Shown: positions 47,879 through 58,106, counted from the first letter of the stretch. The stretch: DNA of 64,000 bases from a virus (IMGVR_UViG_3300031133_000383:186635-250634); one strand, 5' to 3'. Translations and numbers: made by a program. Notes: generated from the letters alone by a model not told the origin.

Positions 47879-48757
47879 ATGTCAGACTCTATCAAACGTT
47901 ATTTTCCATTAATAAAAATGGTTAACTCCAAAATAAATATGTATTATCCTAATAATCTTACAACTGTATTACGCAATAGTTCGTTAAATGATTTCGAAAT
48001 TATTATAAAAACTGATAGTTTTCATTCTTCAAAGACGGATTCTATCATTTTTGAGAAAAATGATAAATCTTCTCGTATCAATAGTATTTTATTAGAAAAA
48101 ATAAGATTTTACTTTAGAGAATACGATGGTTTTAATCTGCTGACAATGACAGCTTCGACCAATAGAAAATCACCTATTATAAAAGATATTTACGATGAAT
48201 TATTTTCTGGCGTTGAATTTCCATCTTCTCGTTTTATTGATATATTAGATAGGTATGAAGAAACAACTGCAAAATTTGATTATTTTTCAGGCTTTAAAAA
48301 GCGATTTATTCCACAATCAATTGATGATATGTTCGTAAAAAAGACGGATGGCAAACAAACAAAAGATTTAAAGGTTGGACAAGCTCATTATTCTCAAATG
48401 GGTAAATCAGAAAACATGCGTAAATCTAGCATGAATTCTAGTTCTTCCTACTCTCCAATTAAGGCAGATTTAAAAATTGGATTTACTGATAAAGATAATT
48501 TTATTCCAATTGTTTTATTTACATTGCCTATTCTGTCATCCAATAAATATAAGATGCCTGTTCCCATTCTTTCAAACAACTTTGAGAATTTTTTGGAGCA
48601 ATCTTTTGAAAAGTTCGAAGCAGCCTTCAAGAAGTGTATTATTAATATTATTGCCAATAAAGAAAATCTCAAACTTAAAGAAAAAAAATTACTGTTTAAT
48701 CTTTCTGATGAAGAGCTTTATATGAGATATAAAATTGTTGAAATGATCAATATATGA
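47879..48757 (+). CDS. Hypothetical protein, C-terminal-tail paralog family
   Basis: ATG lies 8 nt after GAGGA. C-terminus is ...LSDEELYMRYKIVEMINI. Confidence 0.7.
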   Translation: MSDSIKRYFPLIKMVNSKINMYYPNNLTTVLRNSSLNDFEIIIKTDSFHSSKTDSIIFEKNDKSSRINSILLEKIRFYFREYDGFNLLTMTASTNRKSPIIKDIYDELFSGVEFPSSRFIDILDRYEETTAKFDYFSGFKKRFIPQSIDDMFVKKTDGKQTKDLKVGQAHYSQMGKSENMRKSSMNSSSSYSPIKADLKIGFTDKDNFIPIVLFTLPILSSNKYKMPVPILSNNFENFLEQSFEKFEAAFKKCIINIIANKENLKLKEKKLLFNLSDEELYMRYKIVEMINI

Positions 48758-49533
48758 AGATTAAAGATTATTTTTTAAACACCTTTAATCACTATACTGT
48801 GCATTTTGATAGTTTGAATAATTTTTTATTTGTTCGTTTGTATGATGGTGTGAAATTTATAGCTAAATTTAAAATAAAAGGCAATTCTATCATAGGGATT
48901 TATTTACATCCAGAATATGAAAAAGACATTGATAGAGTTTTTCGTTTTACTTATGATTTAACTATCGAAAAAAAGCTTTGTATAGCTGTTAATCTTTTTC
49001 TCAACAATAAAGTTATGGCTGCTTTTTTTAAGTCTGTTGACAGACGTTTCCGGCAAATTCAAGATGCCAATATTTATGATAATTTAAGACAATATGATAT
49101 GGATACTTCAATGTACCTTGAAACGTATCCTCGATTTGAACTTCAATACAGAACATGTGGAAAAATTTATTACGCTCAATTCTTTATATTTGATTCAAAC
49201 AATTATCCACATTCTATTTTTGCTATTAGTTTTTTGTTGCCAAAATATACAGTGCATATTTTGTATTCAGTAGAATTAAATACGTTTATAAGTGTTCAAG
49301 GCTTATTTAAAGATTTACCAATTCAGTTTCATGAAAAAACCTTTGAACATATTTTCGAAAGTGCTAAACCAATTAAAGATCTCAGCACTTATATAAATGA
49401 TTATCATAGTTATGACATTATGTTTACTTTTGTCAATATGATAACAAATGATAGATCTTTAACTGAACACATGTTGCCTTCCATCGATTCATTGGATAAT
49501 GCCATTGATCTATTAAATATGATGTATATTTGA
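48754..49533 (+). CDS. Hypothetical protein, C-terminal-tail paralog family
   Basis: ATGA start/stop overlap with the upstream gene. C-terminus is ...IDSLDNAIDLLNMMYI. Confidence 0.7.
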   Translation: MKIKDYFLNTFNHYTVHFDSLNNFLFVRLYDGVKFIAKFKIKGNSIIGIYLHPEYEKDIDRVFRFTYDLTIEKKLCIAVNLFLNNKVMAAFFKSVDRRFRQIQDANIYDNLRQYDMDTSMYLETYPRFELQYRTCGKIYYAQFFIFDSNNYPHSIFAISFLLPKYTVHILYSVELNTFISVQGLFKDLPIQFHEKTFEHIFESAKPIKDLSTYINDYHSYDIMFTFVNMITNDRSLTEHMLPSIDSLDNAIDLLNMMYI

Positions 49534-49696
49534 GGCAGTTACTACTATTCATATTACATATTTGATTAAAACTATAATTTATTCAATGACAGTTAATACC
49601 AAATGAATAAAACATTGACAAAATTTAATATTATCGCTATATTTATTAATCGAAATCATGCTCTATACCTATGTAACACAAGAAAAGGAGAAACCT

Positions 49697-50215
49697 ATGT
49701 TATTTGTTGAAGGCTATTATGAAAAAGATAGATTTATCAAAGACTTTAAAAAATTTTCACCCCATTTCAAAAGTTATAGAAAAGCTCAGAATCGTAAAAG
49801 TCTGATCGACTTTTTTATCACTGTCATGATGTCTATACTGTTACTTTCACTGACCAATATTTATGAAGACTATTCGTTATTAATTTTCATAGTAGGTTTT
49901 ATTGTCATTTCAATCAGTATGTTTTTAATAATCAATATTAAAAATGAAGATTTGAAAAGCTTTGACTTGTTTCAAGTCTCTGCACTGGATGGAACATTTA
50001 AAGATCTAGATGAAGAAGATTGTTTTGGGCCTTTTTTGAAAGATTATCTCAGAGATAATAAACAAGAAATAAAAGAACGATTATCTGAATCTAAATTAAT
50101 TAGTGGACGGCTTGCCCTAGAAATCTACAATAAAATAAATTCAGATACTTATAAAAATGGAAAACGTATAATCGAAAATGAAAAAAGAATTCTTAGAGAA
50201 ATCGAAGATATTTAA
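49697..50215 (+). CDS. Hypothetical membrane protein (2 TM segments)
   Basis: ATG 49697 lies 6 nt after AAGGAG. Promoter is TTGACA, 17-nt spacer, TATATT (about 49615-49643). TM segments are LIDFFITVMMSILLLSLTNI and LLIFIVGFIVISISMFLII. Confidence 0.65.
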   Translation: MLFVEGYYEKDRFIKDFKKFSPHFKSYRKAQNRKSLIDFFITVMMSILLLSLTNIYEDYSLLIFIVGFIVISISMFLIINIKNEDLKSFDLFQVSALDGTFKDLDEEDCFGPFLKDYLRDNKQEIKERLSESKLISGRLALEIYNKINSDTYKNGKRIIENEKRILREIEDI

Positions 50216-50298
50216 TATGAGGATGTCATCTGGAAAAAAATCTTGCAGTTTTTTTGATAATTTAGTATACTTACTGCTAAATCAAAAAGAGATATTTT

Positions 50299-50523
50299 AT
50301 GAAGATTAAACATACCTTGGTAGCTAATAAAGAATACTCTATAAATAAACATAGTTATACAGTTTCCATGATTACATCCTATGACAGAGGATTGCTGATG
50401 GGAACTCGTATTTATGTCCTAGAACCTGTCGATCCTTTGCTCAGGACTCTTACAGCAGTTCATTGGCCGGATGGTGTAATTGATCGTATCAAGCCCTACA
50501 CAAAACCAAAATCTCTACTTTGA
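50299..50523 (+). CDS. Small hypothetical protein
   Basis: 74-aa ORF with a weak AAGAG RBS. Confidence 0.5.
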   Translation: MKIKHTLVANKEYSINKHSYTVSMITSYDRGLLMGTRIYVLEPVDPLLRTLTAVHWPDGVIDRIKPYTKPKSLL

Positions 50524-50607
50524 CATATTTGGTAGTAGTTTTTTCTTTACAGATTGTTTGTTTTTTGTTACAATCGCATTATTAAATCAATATCACTAGG
50601 AGTTGTT

Positions 50608-51498
50608 ATGTCAAAAGAAATTCGCTTTAAAACTGAAATTGCCTCACTCGATAAATCTCTTATGAAGCAAGTTTCTGAGAAGCGTTCTCGCAAAGAATTT
50701 AAAGATCTGAAGTCTAAGTCAAATGAAATTGTTTATGTTATCCGGTTCAAATCAAGTGAAAAAGATCTTGCGTTTGAAAAATTGGAGCGTGACGTTGATA
50801 TGACTATTCTTAATAGTTCTCGTGGTGAGACAGTTTATATGGTTATTCATAGTCCCGGTGGTAGTGTAACTGCTTACGCAAACGCAGCACAACAAATTCA
50901 GCGTTTGAAGGCTCACGGACTCAAAGTGATTGCCTATGTTGATGAAGTTGCTGCTTCGGGTGGCTATATGATGGCGTCTGTTTGCGATGAAATTGTAGCA
51001 CAACCTTTTGCTTTTGTAGGGTCCATTGGTGTTGTTTCTCAAGTGCCAATTGTTGAAGAAGCCCTTAATAAAATTGGTGTTGATTACAAAGTATATACAG
51101 CAGGAAAGCTAAAGCGTACAGTTGTGCCAACTAAAACGCCTACTGTAGAAGAAGAAATCAATTATAAAGAAAAATTGAATGATATTCATACTGCCTTTAA
51201 AAACCATGTTCTGAAATATCGTCCTTATGTCAATGCAGATAAATTGATGGAAGGTGACTTCTATATGGCTCAAGATGTAGTGGATGCCCGATTGGTAGAC
51301 TCCATTGGCGATAGTCGTAGTGCCATTCTTGCAGCTTTCAAAAAAGGGACCCATTTGTATGAAGTCAAAACAGAAGCAAAAAAAACAGGTGGCGGTCTTG
51401 TCAGTTTTTTTGGTGTAGACTCAGTTCTGGAAATGGCGATTGGTAAGTTTTTCGACCGTATTGTTTCAATGACACATCCTAACGAAAACATCCGTTAA
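50608..51498 (+). CDS. S49-family serine peptidase (SppA/SohB-like)
   Basis: ATG lies 6 nt after AGGAG. ClpP/crotonase-like core with IHSPGGSV and VAASGGYMMASVCDEIVAQP, typical of peptidase S49. Confidence 0.65.
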   Translation: MSKEIRFKTEIASLDKSLMKQVSEKRSRKEFKDLKSKSNEIVYVIRFKSSEKDLAFEKLERDVDMTILNSSRGETVYMVIHSPGGSVTAYANAAQQIQRLKAHGLKVIAYVDEVAASGGYMMASVCDEIVAQPFAFVGSIGVVSQVPIVEEALNKIGVDYKVYTAGKLKRTVVPTKTPTVEEEINYKEKLNDIHTAFKNHVLKYRPYVNADKLMEGDFYMAQDVVDARLVDSIGDSRSAILAAFKKGTHLYEVKTEAKKTGGGLVSFFGVDSVLEMAIGKFFDRIVSMTHPNENIR

Positions 51499-51518
51499 TA
51501 TTTCTAGTCATTTTGTAT

Positions 51519-51546
51519 AAAAAGATCTCGGTAGAGATCTTTTTTC
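51519..51546 (+). terminator. Intrinsic terminator
   Basis: AAAGATCTC-GGTA-GAGATCTTT followed by a T-run. Confidence 0.8.
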
Positions 51547-51614
51547 ATTTTTAATATTTTTGTATTTTTTTAGATAAGTTTATATGTTATAATAATAAAA
51601 AATAGAAAATTTCA

Positions 51615-53480
51615 ATGTTAACAATAAAAGATATAAATATTTTAAAAAATTGCTATGCCACTGAATTAAACAGTTACGAAGATTTTTCACTCAGTCATTA
51701 TTTTGAAAATAAATCCAGTAAAATACGCAAATATGATGCAAGGTTTGACAAATATTTCTCAGGTTTGGACAATCAGTATAATAATAATACAGCATCCTCT
51801 TATATCGTAGATCAATATATGATGAACTTGGAAAAGATCAATAATTACGATTTTAATGATATGAATTCTATTAATGATTTTGTTTCTCAAACTTATTGGC
51901 TGCAGCAATTGATGCAAAATTTTAATAATTTGTGTGCTGGTTCTATTTGTGACGATTTATCAGCTAACTTTGAAGGTTGGCAAAAAATTGCAAAATTAAA
52001 TGAAAAAGATATTTCTATTCAGCTTACTCAATTTCAGCAACTGATTGCAAATATTATTTCAGATGATGTTTTTACGCCTATCATAAGCAAGATTGAAAAA
52101 CTTCTTGATAACATGAGAGACATTAAAAATGATATAAAATATTTTGATGGAAAAGATAATTCATCTTATATGGAAAGTTGTTTTAATTTAAAGAGAAACT
52201 TATCTTTTTTTAAAAAATACTCCAAACAAGATAATATTCTTGATAACTTAATTGCTGAAAGCAAAATCTTTGACCATATAGAATCTTATAAAAAGATAAG
52301 ATTGAGTATAGTAGAAACTTTGCAACAAGACAATTATCAATTTAGCTATTCAGATTCTGATTCTTTTGTTAGATCAATAAATAATTCTAATAATGTAAAA
52401 ACCATACTTCTAGAGCAAACAGAAAGTAGAGTGATTGACGAAATAAAATTTAATCAGGAATATTACGGTATTAATAATCTATATTTATTTAAGGATAGCA
52501 GTATTGCTTTTAAAAATAAACGCAATGAATGGAAGTCTGTTGAATCCATGGAAGAAAGACATTTCCTCATAGAAAGTTTGTTGTGCAGAGAGATGGCTTA
52601 TAAATTGAAAAAAAATCCTACCATTGCTAAGTTATTTATGAAAAAGTTAAAGGAAAATCCACTTGATTGTCAAAAAGCTTTTACCACTGCAGATACTTAT
52701 ATTGCTAATGAAGCTATATTAAAATCTAAAGATTATAATTTATTAGAAGAAATCAGGGATCATATGTTTGAAGATTTAGATGATTCAATGAATTCATTTA
52801 TTCGCAAACATAATATTGAGCACTATGGATTCAGTATAGCCAGCAAGAAATATAAAGAACTTTACAATGAAAAATCATTTCAAATAATAGGGATGCTTTA
52901 TGATTTAAAAGTGCCATCCACTGAGCTACAAGAGAGCTTGGGTAGAAAACTTGCTTCATTCAAAAATACTAATGATTTTAATAAAGCATTAAGATCGCTT
53001 TACATGATTCACAGCAGCTTCAATAATGAATCAGTTGCGGCTAAGGCTCGTATCAATAATGCCGAAATTATAAAAAATAAAGATAATATTTTAATTATTA
53101 AAATAGACAATTTTTTACAAAGTGCAGCAATTGGAAGTAGTGCTTGGTGTATATCAAGGAATGAAGTCTATTTTAAAAGTTATACAAAAGAAGCTCAGCA
53201 GTATTTTGTATACGATTTTAACAAAGATCCTACTGATAATGATTCTATCGTTGGTGTGACATTGAGATCTGATGGTAGTCACAGTGCTGCTCATTTCAAA
53301 AATGACGATGTATTGAACAATAATGACGTGTTTAAAAGTTATCAATTAGATATTTTGAGACATGATTTAAAAAGTTATAAAAATCTAGATAAAGAGTTAA
53401 AGATACAAATTGATAATTCCACAAAAATTATAAAAAAAAGTTTATTTCAAGAGTTGAAATCAAAATTCTTGAATCTTTGA
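51615..53480 (+). CDS. Large hypothetical protein
   Basis: 621 aa, Asn/Lys-rich. No motif recognised with confidence. Confidence 0.65.
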   Translation: MLTIKDINILKNCYATELNSYEDFSLSHYFENKSSKIRKYDARFDKYFSGLDNQYNNNTASSYIVDQYMMNLEKINNYDFNDMNSINDFVSQTYWLQQLMQNFNNLCAGSICDDLSANFEGWQKIAKLNEKDISIQLTQFQQLIANIISDDVFTPIISKIEKLLDNMRDIKNDIKYFDGKDNSSYMESCFNLKRNLSFFKKYSKQDNILDNLIAESKIFDHIESYKKIRLSIVETLQQDNYQFSYSDSDSFVRSINNSNNVKTILLEQTESRVIDEIKFNQEYYGINNLYLFKDSSIAFKNKRNEWKSVESMEERHFLIESLLCREMAYKLKKNPTIAKLFMKKLKENPLDCQKAFTTADTYIANEAILKSKDYNLLEEIRDHMFEDLDDSMNSFIRKHNIEHYGFSIASKKYKELYNEKSFQIIGMLYDLKVPSTELQESLGRKLASFKNTNDFNKALRSLYMIHSSFNNESVAAKARINNAEIIKNKDNILIIKIDNFLQSAAIGSSAWCISRNEVYFKSYTKEAQQYFVYDFNKDPTDNDSIVGVTLRSDGSHSAAHFKNDDVLNNNDVFKSYQLDILRHDLKSYKNLDKELKIQIDNSTKIIKKSLFQELKSKFLNL

Positions 53481-53532
53481 TATTCTTTTAAAAAATCTAA
53501 TTGATATTAATTCAATCTTAAAAAAACACTCT

Positions 53533-54597
53533 TTACGGAGTATTTTTATTTCTTTTTTTAATGCTTGCTTTATTTTTAATTGTATTACTTTTTAATATAT
53601 AATAATTTTGACCATCAATAACAACTTCTTGTATTTGTGAGGGATGATCTTTTTTAATTTTCTGCCACAATCCTTTTGCACTAGGTGATTGCAACGATGA
53701 ACTTCTAAATACCATATTTTTGTTCGCATAATGTTCGGCCATTCTTAAATACATTTGAGAGCCTATTCCTCTACCTTTAAATTCATCACTTATGTTTGAA
53801 TAATCAATTGTTGCTATTTCGTTAAATAATTTCAAATCTGTCTTTATTTCTTTGTATTTTTGTTTTAGTTCATTTATTTTAAGATTGAATATAATATCGC
53901 AGTTATGCTGGTCAAATTTAATATCATTGTCTTCTAGATAAGAAGCTTTTTCATCTTGTTTAATATTATTTTTTATTTGTATTTGGTAATCTCTTCCTAA
54001 CAATTCTTGTATAATTTTATCACTGGTGTATTTAGTTTTTAAGTAACCAATTTGCATACCATTTTTATACAGTCTCAATTCGTCTAATAACAGTAATGAA
54101 CCCAGCGTCATATCACTATTTTCAATAATCTTGTAAGTGAATTCTTCACCTTCCTTTGAATAGATAAAACCTTGTTCTTTGAGATTGCAAAAACCTGCCA
54201 TTAGCGTACTGGCTTCTTCTAGCTTTTCTTTATTTAATTTTCCAAAAACACTTTCGAACTCAACTTCATTTAGTGTTTGAATTTTTATATTTGTTATTTG
54301 ATCATTCTTATAATTAAAATTTGGGTTGAGCACATATGAACTTGTCAATGATGTTTTATTACCGCTAATATCAATAAAACTGTCATGAATTCTGTGGTCA
54401 TTTATATTTGAAACTTTTCGTTGTTTAATAATTGCTTTTTTATGTTCCTGCCCATCACGATTAAAGGTTACAACACACATCTCAGCATTTTCAACTTCCT
54501 TCACTTTTTGGTAATAGGCCCATGTGAATTCAGCATGATATTCTTCAATAAATTCATTTTTTACCTTATCGCTTATATACTCTTTTTTTAAATACAT
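53533..54597 (-). CDS. Hypothetical protein with a C-terminal GNAT-like acetyltransferase motif
   Basis: 354 aa. EFKGRGIGSQMYLRMAEHYA matches the acetyl-CoA-binding motif A (R/Q-x-x-G-x-G/A). Confidence 0.45.
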   Translation of the reverse strand: MYLKKEYISDKVKNEFIEEYHAEFTWAYYQKVKEVENAEMCVVTFNRDGQEHKKAIIKQRKVSNINDHRIHDSFIDISGNKTSLTSSYVLNPNFNYKNDQITNIKIQTLNEVEFESVFGKLNKEKLEEASTLMAGFCNLKEQGFIYSKEGEEFTYKIIENSDMTLGSLLLLDELRLYKNGMQIGYLKTKYTSDKIIQELLGRDYQIQIKNNIKQDEKASYLEDNDIKFDQHNCDIIFNLKINELKQKYKEIKTDLKLFNEIATIDYSNISDEFKGRGIGSQMYLRMAEHYANKNMVFRSSSLQSPSAKGLWQKIKKDHPSQIQEVVIDGQNYYILKSNTIKNKASIKKRNKNTP

Positions 54598-54743
54598 GTA
54601 TGTTTCAATAGTTGTTTCTTTTATTATATCATATTACTCTTTATTTTAAATGATTATCAATTATTTTATCTTGCTAATCTTTTAATTTGGTATTTTTGAT
54701 ATAAAATAAAGGATAGGTTAAATCATTGATAAGGATAAATCAT

Positions 54744-55133
54744 ATGAAGCAGCATTATGTATTAGGTATTTCTATAAATAAAGAAAGAACACAAGTCTTA
54801 TTGATTAAAAAAACTAAGCCTGCGTGGCAACTGGGGTTAGTGAATGCAATTGGTGGTAAAATAGAAGCTGGTGAGACACCTCTCCAAGCCATGGTTAGAG
54901 AGTATAAAGAAGAAACTGATTTGGATACTGTTGAGCAACAATGGACTGAGTTGGTGGTACAGGAAAATGAATATTTTAAAATGTTTGTTTTCTATATGAT
55001 AGACGATTGTATCCACAATGCAGTGACTACAACAGAAGAAGAAGTTTTTGTACACGATATAGATATTGATTATCTAAAGTATAACGGCGTAGACAACCTT
55101 TACTTATTGGTAAGCGAAGTATTGTATACTTAA
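54744..55133 (+). CDS. Nudix hydrolase
   Basis: ATG lies 7 nt after AAGGA. Nudix box GGKIEAGETPLQAMVREYKEETDL (G-x5-E-x7-REUxEE). Confidence 0.85.
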   Translation: MKQHYVLGISINKERTQVLLIKKTKPAWQLGLVNAIGGKIEAGETPLQAMVREYKEETDLDTVEQQWTELVVQENEYFKMFVFYMIDDCIHNAVTTTEEEVFVHDIDIDYLKYNGVDNLYLLVSEVLYT

Positions 55134-55191
55134 ATCTTTGTTTTAATTATTTCATTTTATGTTACAATACTAAAAAACATTGGATTTCATC

Positions 55192-55770
55192 ATGCTAAAA
55201 AAAATAGAAGATTCCCAGCTTGATCAACTCAATCAAAAAGGATTGTCTGATTTGAATGTTTTGCATCAGGTATTCAAGATAAACCAAACTATGCAACAAT
55301 CTGATAGCGAAAGAATCAGAAATTATGCTCAAAACTATTACAATGACTTGAAGGTGTTTGTGTTGAGAAGAGATTTTATTGATTTATATCCTAAGTTTTC
55401 AATGATAGAAAAAGGTTGGCTGGATGATTTTAAATCTGCATCTTCAACGGCACTGCATCTAAAGGATAGTCAAATAGAATCTTCACTATCAACCAAACAT
55501 AATAAAACAGTTGAAGATTTTCAAAAAGCTATGCAACAGTTGGGTATTATTTCAGGTATTGCCGATTTGTCATCTATTGAAAAAAATAAAGTGAGTCAGA
55601 ATGAATTTGTCAATCAGAAGACAGTTTATAATTTGATGTTTGCTACTGCATTAAAGGAAAATGCTCATTTAGTTAGTTTTTCGATAATTGAAGACCAACC
55701 TATTGCTTCCAATGACATATTAAATACTAAAAATTTAAAAGCTGAAAAAATTTGGAGACCAACTATTTAA
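55192..55770 (+). CDS. Hypothetical protein
   Basis: ATG 55192 lies downstream of TGTTACAAT (about 55160-55168). TTG 55180 is an alternative start. Confidence 0.55.
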   Translation: MLKKIEDSQLDQLNQKGLSDLNVLHQVFKINQTMQQSDSERIRNYAQNYYNDLKVFVLRRDFIDLYPKFSMIEKGWLDDFKSASSTALHLKDSQIESSLSTKHNKTVEDFQKAMQQLGIISGIADLSSIEKNKVSQNEFVNQKTVYNLMFATALKENAHLVSFSIIEDQPIASNDILNTKNLKAEKIWRPTI

Positions 55771-55829
55771 ATTAAATCTTGACTATTTTTGTCGATTTGA
55801 TATTATCTGCTTAAATTGGAGATAATCAT

Positions 55830-56219
55830 ATGTCTGTACTTATCAATAAAACGCATGCGTCTTTTTTAAAAGCAGTATTAAAAAACCATATTAAGCGTAT
55901 ACTTGTTCCTTCTATCAATGAACTTGAACATCTAGACAATAATTTATTATCATCTAGTTTGCTGGTTCATACTAAAAATTCTATCAAATCTATAGAACAA
56001 TTGTGTCATAAGTTGGCTGGTTATAAGTTAACTCCTGAACCACTGTTACTACATCCTAATCAAAAAAAATTGTTGGCCGCTGCTTATCAAGGGTATGTCG
56101 ATAGATGTAGTACTCGTTCTAAATACCTTGCATCTGTTATTTCTGAAATCAATATTGACTCAAACGTTGTATATGCAAAACCTCATTATCAGGAGATGAT
56201 GGAAGAGATTTTAAAATAA
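55830..56219 (+). CDS. Hypothetical protein
   Basis: ATG lies 7 nt after GGAGA; 129 aa. Confidence 0.6.
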   Translation: MSVLINKTHASFLKAVLKNHIKRILVPSINELEHLDNNLLSSSLLVHTKNSIKSIEQLCHKLAGYKLTPEPLLLHPNQKKLLAAAYQGYVDRCSTRSKYLASVISEINIDSNVVYAKPHYQEMMEEILK

Positions 56220-56222
56220 TTG

Positions 56223-56251
56223 TTGACCGAAAGTGCATGATTTGCTATACT
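56223..56251 (+). promoter_or_regulatory. Putative tyrS leader promoter
   Basis: TTGACC (56223-56228), 17-nt spacer containing TGc, TATACT (56246-56251). Confidence 0.6.
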
Positions 56252-56284
56252 TTCATAAAATCAGACGCATTAAGGAATACCTAC

Positions 56285-56332
56285 ATGAAAGCTACATTTC
56301 ACTTCCAGAAGTCATTTACTGTTCGATATTGA
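56285..56332 (+). CDS. tyrS upstream ORF MKATFHFQKSFTVRY (15 codons; last sense codon is Tyr UAU)
   Basis: ATG lies 8 nt after AAGGA. The stop UGA (56330-56332) is 2 nt upstream of the anti-SD segment. Confidence 0.45.
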   Translation: MKATFHFQKSFTVRY

Positions 56333-56334
56333 AC

Positions 56335-56410
56335 TTTCTCCATACTATTGCTTTTTATAGGCAATACATCTTTTTCTGAAAAATCCAACTTCAAAACTTC
56401 TATGGAGAAA
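56335..56410 (+). promoter_or_regulatory. SD-sequestering long-range helix in the tyrS leader
   Basis: TTTCTCCATA (56335-56344) is the perfect reverse complement of TATGGAGAAA (56401-56410), which contains the tyrS GGAG. The helix encloses hairpin TATTGC-N9-GCAATA (56346-56366), followed by CATCTTTTTCT. Confidence 0.55.
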
Positions 56411-56415
56411 TCGTA

Positions 56416-57675
56416 ATGCATATTTTTATTAAAGAACTAAAAGACCGTAATCTTATTTCACAAATGACTGATGAAAATAAAATTTCAATTTTGTTAGACA
56501 AGGGTGTTTCGTTATACTGTGGTTTTGATCCAACGGCTGATTCATTACATGTGGGTAGTTTATTACCACTAATCACCATGCTTCGTTTTAAGCGGGCTGG
56601 TCATCGTGTATTCCCCTTGATTGGTGGAGCAACAGGTATGATTGGTGATCCTAGCTTCAAAGCTCAGGAACGTAGTCTTAATGATGTTGATACTGTAAAT
56701 CGGTTTAAATCAGGTATTGCTGCCCAAATTAAAGCAATTCTTGGGGATGTAGAACTGGTTGACAATCATGATTGGACAGCAAACCTTTCAGTTATTGATT
56801 TTTTGCGAGAAGTAGGGAAACATTTCTCAGTGAACAGTATGTTGAATAAAGAATCTGTACGCAGTCGCTTGGATCGTGATGATCAGGGTATTTCTTTTAC
56901 TGAATTCTCATACCAGTTACTGCAGTCCATGGATTTTCATCATTTGTTTAAATCAAAAGGGTGCCAACTGCAGTTGGGCGGTAGCGATCAGTGGGGAAAC
57001 ATTACGGCAGGCATTGATTTGATCCATCGTAAGGAAGGCAATGATGCTGTGGCAACTGGTTTGACTATGCCATTGTTGGTAAAATCGGACGGTACTAAAT
57101 TTGGTAAAAGTGAAAGTGGTGCAGTATGGCTAGCTCCTGATAAAACTTCGGCTTTTGACTTCTTCCAGTTTTGGTTAAAAGTGGCCGATGCTGATATTCC
57201 AAAGTTTTTCAAGATGCTTTCCTTTAGAAGTATTGAAGATATTGATTGTATCCTCGAAGCTGATAAGAATCGTGTAAAACCAGTAGCTCAACAATTGCTT
57301 GCCGAAGAATTAACTGCTTTGATTCATGGTCAAGACGCATTGGATGCAGTTCTTCGAAATAATCAGGCTTTGTTTGACAACAACTTTGACAGCTTACATG
57401 AAAACGATTTTCACATGTTGGTAAAAAACGGTATGAAGTTGATGAAAACACAGGAAAATAACTTATTAGAACTCCTAGTCGCTTCTGGTTTGTCTAAATC
57501 AAAACGTCAAGGTAGAGAGTTTATTCAAAATGGAGCAGTACAGATTAATGGACGAAAAGTCAAAATTGATGAAAATGACATGAACTCTGCCATTATTGAA
57601 GACTTTAAATTTGGTCAGTTTGCTGTACTGCAACGAGGAAAACGAGAATTTATTCTCATTGAAAAGCCCGCTTGA
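56416..57675 (+). CDS. tyrS: Tyrosyl-tRNA synthetase (bacterial type, with C-terminal S4-like domain)
   Basis: HIGH motif (DSLHVGSLLPL). KMSKS motif (KFGKS). GGSDQWGNI. C-terminal RQGREFIQNGAVQINGRKV. Confidence 0.92.
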   Translation: MHIFIKELKDRNLISQMTDENKISILLDKGVSLYCGFDPTADSLHVGSLLPLITMLRFKRAGHRVFPLIGGATGMIGDPSFKAQERSLNDVDTVNRFKSGIAAQIKAILGDVELVDNHDWTANLSVIDFLREVGKHFSVNSMLNKESVRSRLDRDDQGISFTEFSYQLLQSMDFHHLFKSKGCQLQLGGSDQWGNITAGIDLIHRKEGNDAVATGLTMPLLVKSDGTKFGKSESGAVWLAPDKTSAFDFFQFWLKVADADIPKFFKMLSFRSIEDIDCILEADKNRVKPVAQQLLAEELTALIHGQDALDAVLRNNQALFDNNFDSLHENDFHMLVKNGMKLMKTQENNLLELLVASGLSKSKRQGREFIQNGAVQINGRKVKIDENDMNSAIIEDFKFGQFAVLQRGKREFILIEKPA

Positions 57676-57689
57676 TGCGGGTTTTTTTA
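57662..57689. terminator. Bidirectional terminator between tyrS and the convergent gene
   Basis: AAAAGCCCGC-TTGAT-GCGGGTTTTTTT, overlapping the tyrS stop. Confidence 0.8.
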
Positions 57690-58106
57690 TTGTTTTTGAG
57701 TGCCTGTTTCAAAACGACTATCAAATTGATTGGTAGACAATCTCTTTTCAATAACAACATCTCCTACGTCTCGATAAATACCTTGAGTATTGACCTCTTG
57801 ATTCTGTACCATTCGATATTGTTCAACACTGCAATCATAAGCAAATTGACGAAATATCTTTCCTTCCGGTATAGTACTTGCTTCTGGTTTCCAGACGTTG
57901 CATTTAAAATCAGATGAATCATACCATTCTGAAACTAAGGGTGTTTCCTGTTTCCAATCACTACTTTCTATTATAGTGGGTAACGAGGAATTTAAAGAAG
58001 CCTTTTGTGTATTGAATTTTGATATGTCGTCCAAGGAATAAAAGACTATAATCGAAAAACTACAAGCTACAATAAAGATAATAAATAACATTGTTTTATT
58101 TCCCAT
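57687..58106 (-). CDS. Exported or membrane-anchored protein with one copy of the Cys-repeat module found in 36048-40198
   Basis: ATG 58106 lies 7 nt after AAGGA. N-terminal hydrophobic MLFIIFIVACSFSIIVF. Module EWYDSSDFKCNVWKPEASTIPEGKIFRQFAYDCSVEQYR. Confidence 0.65.
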   Translation of the reverse strand: MGNKTMLFIIFIVACSFSIIVFYSLDDISKFNTQKASLNSSLPTIIESSDWKQETPLVSEWYDSSDFKCNVWKPEASTIPEGKIFRQFAYDCSVEQYRMVQNQEVNTQGIYRDVGDVVIEKRLSTNQFDSRFETGTQKQ

